A DNA stretch of 64,000 bases, from the NCBI GenBank assembly GCA_963737635.1, contig CAVTTL010000001.1, positions 1,696,001 to 1,760,000 of the forward strand, given 5' to 3'. This DNA is from an uncultured Methanoregulaceae archaeon. Lineage in GTDB: Archaea > Halobacteriota > Methanomicrobia > Methanomicrobiales > Methanospirillaceae. The notes below the pieces were generated by a model that was not told the origin of the DNA, searched no databases, and saw only the letters and a program-made list of their open reading frames with translations. This document shows, in pieces, positions 1 through 10,841 of the stretch; the stretch's first letter is position 1, and every line of letters starts with the position of its first letter. The position numbers were made by a program, and so were the translations under genes.

Positions 1-1484
1 AATTGCAGATGCATCATATTGGCGATGTCATTCTGGATTACATTGATCGGGGTGTAGTGATTTTCATTTGATGTGGCTCCCAGATAATCATACGATAATT
101 TCGCCGAGAATTCTGCTAATAATGATTTGTGAGAATATTGATTTTTTAGAAAAATTGCAGTTACTAAATCAAGAGTATCGACAGAAGAAGCAACAAATGG
201 TTTTCTTCCCATCCCCGTTTTTTGTTTGGCATATTTCGGATTTCCAAGAACCCATTTGACAATCGACAATTTTCCATCAAGAGGCTTAAATTTTTTTGAT
301 TTCCAGGGATGCCCCTCCGGGTATTTATCATGAATCTTATTTACACTGTCAATAACCCGTGATATTTCTGATAACCTGGATGGAAGAATACTTGGAATAA
401 CTTTATGAATATTTTCAACGCTTTGACCTCGGACGTCACCCATGATAAATGTTAAATTGGCAATCGCTTTGTTGTCCGCTAAATCGATTAACAGATTCTT
501 TTCGGTTTTTTCTGCACCATTAATATTATTCATCACAATCCTCAGTGCAGAGGTAATAATGTCCAATCCTTCAGATTTATCATCGGTCTCAATAATAGAG
601 GGAATGATCAATGTCTGGTGCCCTGAGATATTTTGGATCAATGAGTGGAGCACATGGAATTTGGCAGCATATAATGCCTCAGCGCACGGTTCGCATATTG
701 GAAATGCTTTCGTGGAGTTTTTACTGTCCACCCCGGGAAAAAATCCGGGTTTATCTACGTTGCCTATGTTTAATCCAACCCCTGACAAGACATTTGGATA
801 AAGAACAGCTTCGGCATCACATAAACTACATTTCTCTGGCAAATTCGTACTCTGTGCCATATTTGTCTGATACATTGCCTCACGCTTGGTTAACAGAGCT
901 TCATTTAACAATTCCGGGATTTCTGCACAATATTTTCCGTTAAGTTTCACAGAAAAAATTCGAATACCGTCACTTTTTGCCCAGATAATGGTATCAATAA
1001 ATGACTTCTGTTGCAATTTTCCATCAGAAGTTAATTCCCCGATTTCCACATTTGAAGCCGTGAAAATTTTGAGAATATCTGCAAGCCATGAAACATGCAA
1101 CGAGTTGGATTTTCTTTTAAATTCTTCAATAGTTTTTGTAATTTTTTTGCCGACACTGCCTTTTTTGTCTTTAGTGATATCCTCTTTCCAAGTGGGAGTT
1201 GCATACGTTCCCTGTGATGCAGTTTTTAAAAATAGATATTTCCAACTATCAGATATTTCGATAATTTCCGTTTCAAATGAGACTTGTTCATGATCGAGAA
1301 CAAAAATTCCTATCTTATCCTCATTGATTGTCTCGAATTGTAATTTTCCATAATTCCCGTGGGCTATTGCTTTTTTCCGTTGTTCAAGAAAAGAATCAAC
1401 TGAGGTTAATGCGGTTGTATCAAAGTCGCCTCTGAACGTATCAACCATTTTTAAAATACCAATTTCCCGTATCGCTTCAATCAT
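1..1484 (-). CDS. cas8b: CRISPR type I-B large subunit Cas8b (Csh1/TM1802-like), 3' end beyond window
   Basis: Not in ORF track. Manual minus-strand translation from ATG at 1484 is open to base 1: MIEAIREIGILK...CSLCDAEAVLYPNVLSGVGLNIGNVDKPGFFPG...FPICEPCAEAL...ILPSRL. The N-terminus, two CxxC pairs and DKPGF motif match the Csh1/TM1802 family. Visibly AT-richer than flanking DNA. Confidence 0.85.
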   Translation of the reverse strand, partial: MIEAIREIGILKMVDTFRGDFDTTALTSVDSFLEQRKKAIAHGNYGKLQFETINEDKIGIFVLDHEQVSFETEIIEISDSWKYLFLKTASQGTYATPTWKEDITKDKKGSVGKKITKTIEEFKRKSNSLHVSWLADILKIFTASNVEIGELTSDGKLQQKSFIDTIIWAKSDGIRIFSVKLNGKYCAEIPELLNEALLTKREAMYQTNMAQSTNLPEKCSLCDAEAVLYPNVLSGVGLNIGNVDKPGFFPGVDSKNSTKAFPICEPCAEALYAAKFHVLHSLIQNISGHQTLIIPSIIETDDKSEGLDIITSALRIVMNNINGAEKTEKNLLIDLADNKAIANLTFIMGDVRGQSVENIHKVIPSILPSRLSEISRVIDSVNKIHDKYPEGHPWKSKKFKPLDGKLSIVKWVLGNPKYAKQKTGMGRKPFVASSVDTLDLVTAIFLKNQYSHKSLLAEFSAKLSYDYLGATSNENHYTPINVIQNDIANMMHLQ

Positions 1485-2081
1485 GCAATCTGCCCGAGCC
1501 CAGCAAAAAATCATTCAAACCAAATGGCGTACAGAATCAATCCCCACATTTTTATTCAACACTCCCCTATTTACCTCTCCTTCTCATAAACCTAGCGACT
1601 CGCAACGTGAAAGTGACAGCCACAGTACTTTCTCATTTTTAGCCCGGAATAAAAACAATCTGGTTTTGATGAGTCAGAGGAGTTCCCGATCTGTACTCCT
1701 TCCGGAGAAAATCCTCCACAGACCCCTTAGCTATTAGAATCGATGCACAACATCATTTGTCGCTGAAACGGTCGAGATCGCAAGACCGTACTGACTGGTA
1801 AGGGAACCCACGCCCCTCCTCGTAAATCTCTTGTGGAGATCGAATCGGGGAATGTGCATTCTCTTTTGAGTCTCTATCAACTGCTTGTGCAGCCCCGTGT
1901 CCGGTATCGGCGATTTTGCCGACTGTTCCCTTTTGATTACCAGTAATTTTGTTTTCACCACCCAATCTCATATAAGATTTAATCCTCTATCAGGATCTGT
2001 CGGTTTGCGTCGTCTAGACGTTAAATCGTCAAAATCGATGGATCAGGACGATCCCGTCGAGTTCAGATCGCCTTCTGATCC

Positions 2082-3407
2082 TTACATCCCTGCCCCGGCA
2101 AGGAGTTCATCGACCCGCCGGTTGATCTTTGTCAGGAGTTCCTCATCGGTCAGCACGCCTTCCGGTGGGTCAACGACCTTTCGGGTCTCGATCGGGACGT
2201 CGTCCATACGATAGGCACAACCGGCTGCCTCAATCCCTACCATTGCTACCGGGATGTGGATATCGGATATCTCGGTCGTGCAGTTGATATGCGGGTCTAT
2301 GGTGACCGTCGGCTTCTTGGAACTGCTGATCATCGCATCGACCGGGAAATGCGCACCGGGGTCGGTCGCGATATAGAGGCAGGCTTCGACCTCATTGCGG
2401 GTGAGGAGATCGATCGAGGTCGTCTCACCGGTCTGGTGGCGGGCCTGGTCCCTCCGTGAGAGGTCTACGGCATACGGGAATCCATACTGCCAGCCGAGAA
2501 CCTGGCCGGAACCGGCGACATTCCACGGGAGCCTCATGGCCATGATTGAGAATTTCGTATAGTTGTTGAGGTCATAGGCAAGGCTGATCGCCATATCGAC
2601 GTTATGGTTCCTGCCAAGAGACTGCGTCAGACCCATCCCAAAGAAGATGATACCAAACTTGGCAGATTTCAGGGTTTCCGCGACTTCATAGATCTTCTCT
2701 TTGGGGACACCCCCGACGTTATCCGGAAGGGCCTCACACCGGACTGCGCTCCTGAACGCATTCAACAATTCGTAATCGTATCCCTGCTCGATCTGGATGA
2801 ACGTATCGGCGCACCGGGCGGTATCGGTATACCGGCAGTCAACACAGATGGTCTTCCGGCCTTTGTGCCCCTTGACCGTGAAGAAACCCCGCGGGAAGAT
2901 CGAATACCGTGACATGTGCCGGGGGTGGGAATGTGCCGGGTTGCAGCCCCAGAAGATGACGCAGTCCGCACGGTTCTTGACCTCGCCAAGGGTACAGCTC
3001 GGGAGCCCGACATCCTCGATCGCCATAAGGGATGGGCCGTGGCAGATCGTTGCGCAATTGTCAACAATACCGCCAACCTTTTCTGCAATATCGTGGCCGA
3101 TGCTCATGGCCTGGCAGCTGGTGGACCCCCAACCGTACATGAGCGTCTTTCGAGACTTCACCAGCATCTGTGCGGTCCAGTCAACGGCCTCATCATAGGA
3201 GATCTCCTTGTAGGTCCCATCAGCCTGGCGCATTCGCGGGAACCTGATCCGGTCCGGGAGCGCCTGGTGGTTGAACTTCTCTGACCCGATAATACAGGCG
3301 TTCTTAACTCCGAGGATCGTTTTGTTGTCATCGGAGACCGTAACACTGATATCATCGCACAGGGCTCCGCAGACAGGACAAACAACATCGGTCACAACTT
3401 TCGGCAT
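2082..3407 (-). CDS. fwdB: Formylmethanofuran dehydrogenase subunit B (stand-alone copy)
   Basis: N-terminal CPVCGALCDD Fe-S motif, CATICHGPS metal-ligand motif, GEVKNRAD, WGCNPAHSHPRHMSRYS, YRMDDVP. Confidence 0.93.
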   Translation of the reverse strand: MPKVVTDVVCPVCGALCDDISVTVSDDNKTILGVKNACIIGSEKFNHQALPDRIRFPRMRQADGTYKEISYDEAVDWTAQMLVKSRKTLMYGWGSTSCQAMSIGHDIAEKVGGIVDNCATICHGPSLMAIEDVGLPSCTLGEVKNRADCVIFWGCNPAHSHPRHMSRYSIFPRGFFTVKGHKGRKTICVDCRYTDTARCADTFIQIEQGYDYELLNAFRSAVRCEALPDNVGGVPKEKIYEVAETLKSAKFGIIFFGMGLTQSLGRNHNVDMAISLAYDLNNYTKFSIMAMRLPWNVAGSGQVLGWQYGFPYAVDLSRRDQARHQTGETTSIDLLTRNEVEACLYIATDPGAHFPVDAMISSSKKPTVTIDPHINCTTEISDIHIPVAMVGIEAAGCAYRMDDVPIETRKVVDPPEGVLTDEELLTKINRRVDELLAGAGM

Positions 3408-3597
3408 CGGATATCACTTCCTTGACGGTCGCACAGAATCTTGGGGAACATTCCTCCCCATGATCTAACAGAATCTGATCGTACGGGCGACATAAATACT
3501 TTCTTTTAATTCTCACCAAATGTAAAACGAAAAATGTTAAAAAAGGCCTGATACCGTGCCGAAAACATCACCGGTGCGACGTCTGCGGCTTCGGAAA

Positions 3598-4638
3598 TCA
3601 GGAATCCAGTTCCGCAACCCACTCCCGGGTTGTCATCACCGTTGAAAATCGCATTGCCTGGGTCACGCAGATCGCCCGGTGCAGTTCTTCTGCCGTGACG
3701 GTTCCCGCGGTATTGGTAATATCGAGCGTCCCGGTCGCATCGGAAATGAACTGTACGGCATACCCCCGGTGGAAAGCCTGCCGGGCCGTGGTGTCGCAGC
3801 ACATCTGGGTCATGTACCCGACAATCGTGACCTTGGTGATCCCATGCTCCACAAGCCACGGGTCAAGACCGGTGCCGGTGAAACTACACGGCAGGGTCTT
3901 TTCAATAAGGACGTCAAAGGGGCGGTTTTTGATCTCATCGAGCAGCTCACACCCGTGCGTACCGATCCGGAATGTCTTTGCCTCCGGCGCGGCATTCGAA
4001 TGCCGGATAACAACGATGGGAATGTGGTGGTCACGGGCGGCATCCATAATCGAAAAAATATTTTCAAGGCTGCCTTCCGGGTAGGTCACCGGAAGGTTGC
4101 CGGTGAAATACTCGTTCTGGACATCGATCACGAGAACCGCCTCCCGGACTGCCGGAGCCGTATCCACCGCGGCAAACACATCACGGCTAATCGTCATCCG
4201 GTAGAACTCAACGGGTTTTCCCTGGACCTCTTCCGTGCATTCGCCCACGGTCTGGAACCCAAGCGTTGTGTAGAGCATCTGTGCCCGGAAATTGGTCTTG
4301 CGCACGATAAGCCGGATCGACCGGATCTCCGGATGGGAAAAACCGCGCCGGAGCGTGAGGAGTGCAATTTCTTTTCCGAGACCTTTGCCGACCCGTTCCG
4401 GGTGTAGCGCGATCCGGAACTCGGCACAGCCATCAGCTTCACCTGAGAGCATGGAGAAGCCAACGATTTTCCCGGCATCCTCGGCGACGAATATCTCGGT
4501 TCCCGCTTTACCAACGTACTCATCGAGCCAGCCGCTGTCACGCAGGGCATAATCAAGCCCGGAAAATTCCGGGGGATACGGAGGCCATGATTTGATAACA
4601 CTGATATCAGACTCATTCAAGGGACGCAGGGAAATCAT
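3598..4638 (-). CDS. GNAT acetyltransferase fused to isochorismatase-family cysteine hydrolase
   Basis: N-half has the PERVGKGLG acetyl-CoA loop and N..AQMLY..LGF; C-half has [16 protein letters not shown] and [13 protein letters not shown] (Asp-Lys-Cys triad). Confidence 0.85.
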   Translation of the reverse strand: MISLRPLNESDISVIKSWPPYPPEFSGLDYALRDSGWLDEYVGKAGTEIFVAEDAGKIVGFSMLSGEADGCAEFRIALHPERVGKGLGKEIALLTLRRGFSHPEIRSIRLIVRKTNFRAQMLYTTLGFQTVGECTEEVQGKPVEFYRMTISRDVFAAVDTAPAVREAVLVIDVQNEYFTGNLPVTYPEGSLENIFSIMDAARDHHIPIVVIRHSNAAPEAKTFRIGTHGCELLDEIKNRPFDVLIEKTLPCSFTGTGLDPWLVEHGITKVTIVGYMTQMCCDTTARQAFHRGYAVQFISDATGTLDITNTAGTVTAEELHRAICVTQAMRFSTVMTTREWVAELDS

Positions 4639-4901
4639 GCAATGGTATTTTGGGCGGGGATGGATGAAAAGGGGTGCTGTTGTATTCGCGGTTGATGTGA
4701 CTGTAGTAACAAAATGAGACCCCGGCTCCAGGTGAAAATCTCAAGAAGAAAATGATATCATCAGGCAAAAGGTAAAGGAAAAGATAGGGGGAGCCACGAA
4801 CGGACTCATCTGGATCGATGGTCACATCCTGTCGATGAAAAGAGCAGGAACGTGAGCTCCCGTTAATTACACCCGATATTATTGGAGTTTGAAGAGGTAT
4901 C

Positions 4902-5492
4902 ATGTTGAACACTGAAGACACCAACAGGAACAATATTTTCGTTATGGATCATACCGCCAACCCGGCACCGCTCGGGCTCTGCGCATTTGGGACGACTACT
5001 ATACTCCTGAGCCTCTGGAATGCCGGTATAATCGGTATTTCCAGTCCGATTCTTGCCATGGCAATATTTTATGGCGGCATCGCACAGATCATTGCCGGGC
5101 TCATGGAATGGAAGAAGAACAATGATTTCGGGTTTTTGACCTTTGTGAGTTTCGGGTTCTTCTGGATGACCTTTGCCGGCGTCCTGATGCTTCCGGTTCT
5201 TGGCCTTGCAGCAGCCCCAAAGCCAGTCGACCTCGCTGCGTTTCTTGCGGTCTGGGGAATAGTCGCGCTTGGTCTCTTGGTCTGTACCCTCAAGATGCAC
5301 CGGAGCCTCCAGGTGACCGTCCTCGCGGTCTTCCTTTTAATTGTCATCCTTGTTGCCGCAGAGCTGACGGGAAGCGGCCTCATCAAACTGGCTGGCGGCG
5401 TTATGGGAATTATTGCCGGGGGTCTTGCCCTCTATATCGGTATAGGCCAGGTTGTTAATGAAGTCCATAACCGGAAAGTATTTCCGGTGTGA
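4902..5492 (+). CDS. satP: Acetate/succinate uptake channel, SatP/GPR1/FUN34/YaaH family
   Basis: ANPAPLGL signature, YGGIAQIIAGLMEWKKNN, six hydrophobic segments. Confidence 0.9.
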   Translation: MLNTEDTNRNNIFVMDHTANPAPLGLCAFGTTTILLSLWNAGIIGISSPILAMAIFYGGIAQIIAGLMEWKKNNDFGFLTFVSFGFFWMTFAGVLMLPVLGLAAAPKPVDLAAFLAVWGIVALGLLVCTLKMHRSLQVTVLAVFLLIVILVAAELTGSGLIKLAGGVMGIIAGGLALYIGIGQVVNEVHNRKVFPV

Positions 5493-5862
5493 TAGTTCTT
5501 CCCGGAACCTGCTTCTTTTTTCGAGAATAAGTCATGAACTCTCGGTGGGGTTGCATTTTCTATTGACACACTAACTCTCATTATGTTCATTTTTAGTGAA
5601 CCATTGTTGTTTAGTGAACATCACGTCTCATATTCAGATGTCCTGGCACATGTCACGATGTCTGCCGGATATCCTCACGATCTTCTTATGCTATAAAGAC
5701 TGCCGTCTCTATACCGAGAGTGCGTGTTAGACTTTACTATAATATCCGGCCTGATTCGGGATCTTCAATCTTTCTAAAGGCATCTTTTCCAAGACCTTCC
5801 TGTTCCGGCTGTCGACAGTCACTTAAATCCACGATGACCATACCTAATACAGAAGGGGAAAC

Positions 5863-6728
5863 ATGGCGAGACTTGCGGTGATGGGGGTCGGGAGGATCGG
5901 GGGAGAAGTCGCGTCCCTCGCTGCCGTTCTGGGTCTCGTGGACGAGCTGGTGCTGTACGATGAGAGTGCGACATTACTCAAGGCCCAGACACTCGATATC
6001 CAGCATACCGGCCTCCCGGTAACCATATCTTCCGAAATCCGGGATATCCGGGACGCCGACGTCTGCATCTTTGCGGCAGGTACACCCCGCACACCCGATG
6101 TGAAGACCCGGGCAGATCTCCTCACGGCGAATCTTCCGGTGGCCCGGGAGTGTGTCAGCCTGCTTGACGGTTTTTCCGGCATTCTTATTACGATAACCAA
6201 TCCCATGGACGTGAACAATTTCCTCCTGCACCACCTCACCGGTCTACCCCGCGAACGGTGCATCGGTTTTGGCGGCCAGCTCGACAGCGCACGGTTCGCG
6301 CTTGCCCTCAAACAGAGAAACCTGACGGGTGACGCGGTTGTCCTCGGGGATCATGGCGAGCATCAGGTCCCGGTCTTTTCCCGGCTCCGCAACCGGTGAA
6401 TGAAGACAAGCGTGAAGAGATCCTTCGTGAACTTAAGGGGGCAAGTATGGAAGTGATCAAAGGAAAAGGAGGTACCGTCTTTGGCCCGGCATACCATGTC
6501 GCCTCCCTTATCCGGATGATTCTTTCCGATACCCGGGATACGGTTCCCTGTTCGGCGGTGCTCGAGGGAGAGTACGGCTTCTCCGGGTGTTCGCTCGGTG
6601 TCCCGGTCCGGATCGGGCGTGAAGGCATCAGGGAGATTGTCCCGTGGGATCTCGACTCCTGGGAACAGGCAGGGATGGAACAGGCCGCGGCATTTGTCCG
6701 CGATCTCTGTCGCACGGTGGTGCCATAA
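5863..6728 (+). CDS. mdh: Malate dehydrogenase (LDH/MDH family), apparent frameshift near 6387
   Basis: GVGRIG Rossmann motif, AAGTPR...TRADLL, TNPMD, LDSARF, GDHG. Continues in ORF 6396-6728 (IKGKGGTVFGPA, GVPVRIGREG); one added C restores the frame. Confidence 0.88.
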
Positions 6729-6731
6729 ACC

Positions 6732-9196
6732 ATGCCCGTACTGGCCGTGAGATCCTCAGAAATACTGACCACTACCCGTACCAGTGAGGAATCAGGTGCA
6801 GTAACGATCGCCATCAACCAGGTGGAGTACAGCAATTCTCCCGACGGGCCCACCATTCATGTCTTCGGGAGGGACATGGGCGGTATCGCCCACCGGATTG
6901 ACGTCACCGGCTTCCTGCCGTATTTTTATGTCCCGGAGGAACAGGTGGGACAGGCGCATCCTTCGCAGGTGACTGTTGAGCCGGATACCATCTACCGCTC
7001 GATCCGGGGGGAGAAACTCAAACGGCTGTATACGGTCCGTCCCGGTGATGTCCGGGACGTACGGGAGCGGTACCGGCATTTCGAGGCCGATATTCCCTTT
7101 GCGACGCGGTTTATGATCGACTCCGGCCTTACCGGGGCAGTCACCACCCCATCGACGACGGTGGATTACCACGATCTGGTACCTGCCGAAGCAGATGCAC
7201 CGGCGCGGGTCTGCACGATCGATATTGAATGCGAGGACGAACGCGGCTTTCCGGATACCTCGCGGGATGCCATCATCTGCATTACCTGCCATGATTCGTT
7301 CGATAACGACTATACCACCTTCCTTTTCGGCGGGGCCGCCATGCCAGCCGAGATCACCGCCAAAGGACAAGAAGGCGGCCTGAAAAACGGGTGTTTCCGG
7401 AAAAGTGTCCATACCCTCTCTACCTACGCGGACGAGATCTCCATGCTCAAGGCGTTTGGCGCGTATATCGCCGGGCGCGATCCCGACATCCTCACGGGAT
7501 GGAACTTTGTCGATTTCGATATGCCGTACATCACCGGACGGATGGAGAAACTGGGGCTCTCGCCGGTTATGCTCGCCCGGCTCCCCGGTATGACCGAGAG
7601 AAATGCGCTTCGCGGCAGGGCACTCTTCGATCTTCTCACCGGTTACAAGAAGATGCATTCGACTTTAAAGGAATCTTACCGTCTTGACGCCGTAGCCCAG
7701 GAAGAGATCGGCGAGTGCAAGGTGCGGTACACCGGCACGGTCTCCGATCTCTGGAAAAAACAGCCTGCCCTCCTTGTCGAATACAACTTTAAGGATGTCG
7801 AGCTCTGCGTCGCGATCAACAAGAAAGACAATATTGTTGGCTTTTACCGGGAGATCGCCCGCTACGTCGGCTGCCCCCTCGATAAGACGCTGAATTCGTC
7901 GAGTGTGATCGATGTCTATATCCTGCGAAAGGCCCACGGCGAGTATATCCTTCCCTCGAAAGGCTTTGCAAACGCCGAGGAGTTCGAAGGCGCAACCGTC
8001 TTTGAGCCCAGCAGGGGCGTACGCGAGAATGTCATCGTGCTCGACCTCAAATCGCTTTATCCTATGGCGATGATGACGATCAACGCGTCGCCCGAGACCA
8101 AAGACCCGGACGGGGAGCTCAAGGCACCAAACGGTATCCGGTTCAGGAAACAGCCCGACGGGCTGACCCGGAGCATCCTCTCCGAATTACTCAAGGAGCG
8201 GGACACGAAAAAGAACCTCCGGAATACCTTTCCCTATGGCTCGCCGCAGTATCTCCTCTACGATATGCAACAGAATGTCCTCAAAGTGATCATGAACACC
8301 TACTACGGGGTGTCGGGGTACACCCGGTTCAGGCTCTTTGACCGGGAGATCGGGGCTGCGGTTACCTCTGTGGGCAGGGCTATCATCGAACACACCCGGC
8401 GGATCATCGAGGAGCACGGGTACAAGGTCATCTATGGCGATACGGATTCCTGCATGGTGCAGCTCCCAGCGCTCGACCGGGAAAAGACGATCGAAACGGC
8501 ACGGGTACTGGAAAAACAGCTCAATGCGAGTTACCAGGAGTTTGCCCGCCGCGAGCTCAACGCCGAGACCCATTACTTCTCGATCAAATTCGAGAAGATC
8601 TACGAACGGTTTTTCCAGGCAGGTAAAAAGAAGCGGTACGCCGCCGGCTTGTCTGGAAGGAAGGCAAAGCCACTGACCAGATCGATATCGTCGGTTTTGA
8701 GATCCGCCGCAGCGATACCCCCCAGATCACCAAAATCGTGCAGACCAAAGTGATGGAGATGATCCTTGCGGGGACCGACTATGCGGAGATCAAGGCGTAC
8801 CTGGGTGGCATCATCACGCAGTACCGCGCCGGGACGTTTTCCCTGGATGAGATCGGCATTCCGGGGGGGATCGGCAAGTCCCTGGACGACTACGAGACCG
8901 ACGACGCGCAGGTCAGGGGCGCCCGGTACGCCAACCAGCACCTGCATACGGAGTTTGGGAAAGGCAGCAAGCCAAAGCGCATCTATATAAAAGCGGTAAC
9001 CGGGAAGTACCCCAAAACCGATGTGCTCTGTTTCGAATATGCCGATCAGGTCCCAAAAGAGTTTGTCCCTGACTGGGAACTGATGCTTGAAAAGACCATC
9101 GAACAGCCGATCTCCCGGATCATTGAAGCGCTGGGATGGTCGTGGAAGGATGTCGATCCCTCGCATACGACGCTCGCCCAATGGGGTTTTGGTTAA
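6732..9196 (+). CDS. polB: Family B DNA polymerase, apparent frameshift near 8644
   Basis: ExoI DIE, ExoII GWN..FD, DLKSLYP, KVIMNTYYG, YGDTDS, KKRYA. One added G gives KRYAGRLVWKEG and joins ORF 8738-9196, which ends in a PIP-like TTLAQWGF. Confidence 0.93.
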
Positions 9197-9480
9197 CGTG
9201 CTGAAAAGCCTGCTCCTCTGAGGCCGGCAGTCATTTTTCAGATCAGGTGCAGCAACCGGCCCTGTGAACCGGTGCAATGACCCGGATCTCCCATTACTTT
9301 TGGGGATAGGTAAAAACACGGTAGTTTACGCACTCCCCGCGCAAATGCTGCTCTCATTATTTGTCTTTGGTCAATTGGGGACCAAAAAATATTAATGCCT
9401 ATTTGTGCAATGAGGAATCATAGACGGAGAAGAGCACGCCTTGGGTTTTCCACAAGGTTAGTAGTTGACGGTGTAAATCG

Positions 9481-10833
9481 ATGACCGAACCAAGTTCCCT
9501 CTTTGGAAAACGTGAAGAACGTTTTGTCGATCTCTGGCTGCTTATCATCGTCAATACTACGATTATTGCTCTCCTCATCAGCATCCTCGCTTTCCATTAC
9601 GGGACTGCTGCGGTCGCAGCAAACCTTCTCTATATTCCGATTGTGATCGCGGCATACTGGTATCCCCGGTGGGGAATCTCGTACGCAGCCGGGGTTTGCG
9701 TCATTTTCATCGGGATTGTCATGGTTGTCACCGGGGGGGCAATCAGCCAGCTGGCTGCGTCCTTTTTTACCTGCCTGGTAATCATCGGTGTTGCCGCGGT
9801 TGTTTCAAGTCTTGCAAGCCACATGCGCAAGAATGAAGTAAAATACCAGGGGATCTTCGACCATTCTGAAGCCGGGATAGGCCTTGTGAACAGTGCGAAT
9901 CACGTTATAGAAGAGGTAAACCGGCGTTTTGCGGATACGCTGGGCTACGAACCTGCCGAAATTGCGGCCAAGCCCTTTCCTCAGATCTGGGCAGATGAAG
10001 CCGACCGGGAGCGATTCTTCAGCAGCCTTGCGTCCCAGGGAAGCGTGGAAAATCTTGAAAGCCGTTTTGTGACAAAGAACGGCGACAACAAGTGGGTCCT
10101 GCTCTCCGCCGGCGTGCTCCCGGATGACCAGTTTGTCTGCACTATCGTCGATATCACGGCACGGAAAAAGGCCGAAGGGGATCTTATCATACGAGATCAT
10201 GCGATCAGTTCGTCGCTCAATGCGATTGCCATCATGGATCTCGATTTTATGATCACCTATGTCAATAATTCGCTTCTGACCATGATGGGATCCCCCGACG
10301 AAAATGAGTTCTCAGGAGAAAATCTCTGGAAATTTGTCGCTTCCAAGCAGAGAAGGGAGACAATAAAAGATGCGCTGTACCGGAAAGGGAGCTGGCTTGG
10401 CGAGATCCTTCTCTACAAAGCGGACCACCAGACGCCGTTCTATGTGCTGCTCTGGGTTAACCTGGTGAAAAACGACAAGGATAACCCGGTCTGCGTTATG
10501 GCTTCGTTTATCGACATCACCGACCGGAAGCGCATGGAAGCCGTCAAAAGAAAGGCACTCGAACAGATCGAAAAGAATATCGAGCAGTTTGCTATTCTCG
10601 GCGATCATATCAGGAACCCGCTTGCCGTGATTGTGGGCCTTTCGAGCCTCACGCCCTGCGATGTGACCGACAAGATCATCCTGCAGGCCCGCGAAATCGA
10701 TCGGATCGTTACGCAGCTTGATATGGGCTGGATCGAGTCGGAAAAAGTGCGGGAATTTATCAAGCGCTACTATATGGTGGGTGTCCCGGAGATCAGTGAG
10801 TCCGGCGGGGTTCAGGAAGGTTTCGTGCGATAG
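9481..10833 (+). CDS. Membrane-anchored double-PAS sensor with C-terminal HisKA-like helix
   Basis: 4 N-terminal TM segments, two PAS/PAC units ending DITARK and DITDRK, GDHIRNPLAVI H-box, no ATPase domain. Confidence 0.8.
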   Translation: MTEPSSLFGKREERFVDLWLLIIVNTTIIALLISILAFHYGTAAVAANLLYIPIVIAAYWYPRWGISYAAGVCVIFIGIVMVVTGGAISQLAASFFTCLVIIGVAAVVSSLASHMRKNEVKYQGIFDHSEAGIGLVNSANHVIEEVNRRFADTLGYEPAEIAAKPFPQIWADEADRERFFSSLASQGSVENLESRFVTKNGDNKWVLLSAGVLPDDQFVCTIVDITARKKAEGDLIIRDHAISSSLNAIAIMDLDFMITYVNNSLLTMMGSPDENEFSGENLWKFVASKQRRETIKDALYRKGSWLGEILLYKADHQTPFYVLLWVNLVKNDKDNPVCVMASFIDITDRKRMEAVKRKALEQIEKNIEQFAILGDHIRNPLAVIVGLSSLTPCDVTDKIILQAREIDRIVTQLDMGWIESEKVREFIKRYYMVGVPEISESGGVQEGFVR

Positions 10834-10841
10834 CGCAGTCC

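Noticed and set aside
68-1737. Plus-strand ORFs at the left edge
   Set aside because: They are antisense shadows of the long minus-strand cas8b frame and its leader.
1485-2081. A true CRISPR array next to cas8b
   Set aside because: No identical repeats with regular spacing; only loosely repeat-like segments, which are reported as a speculative finding.
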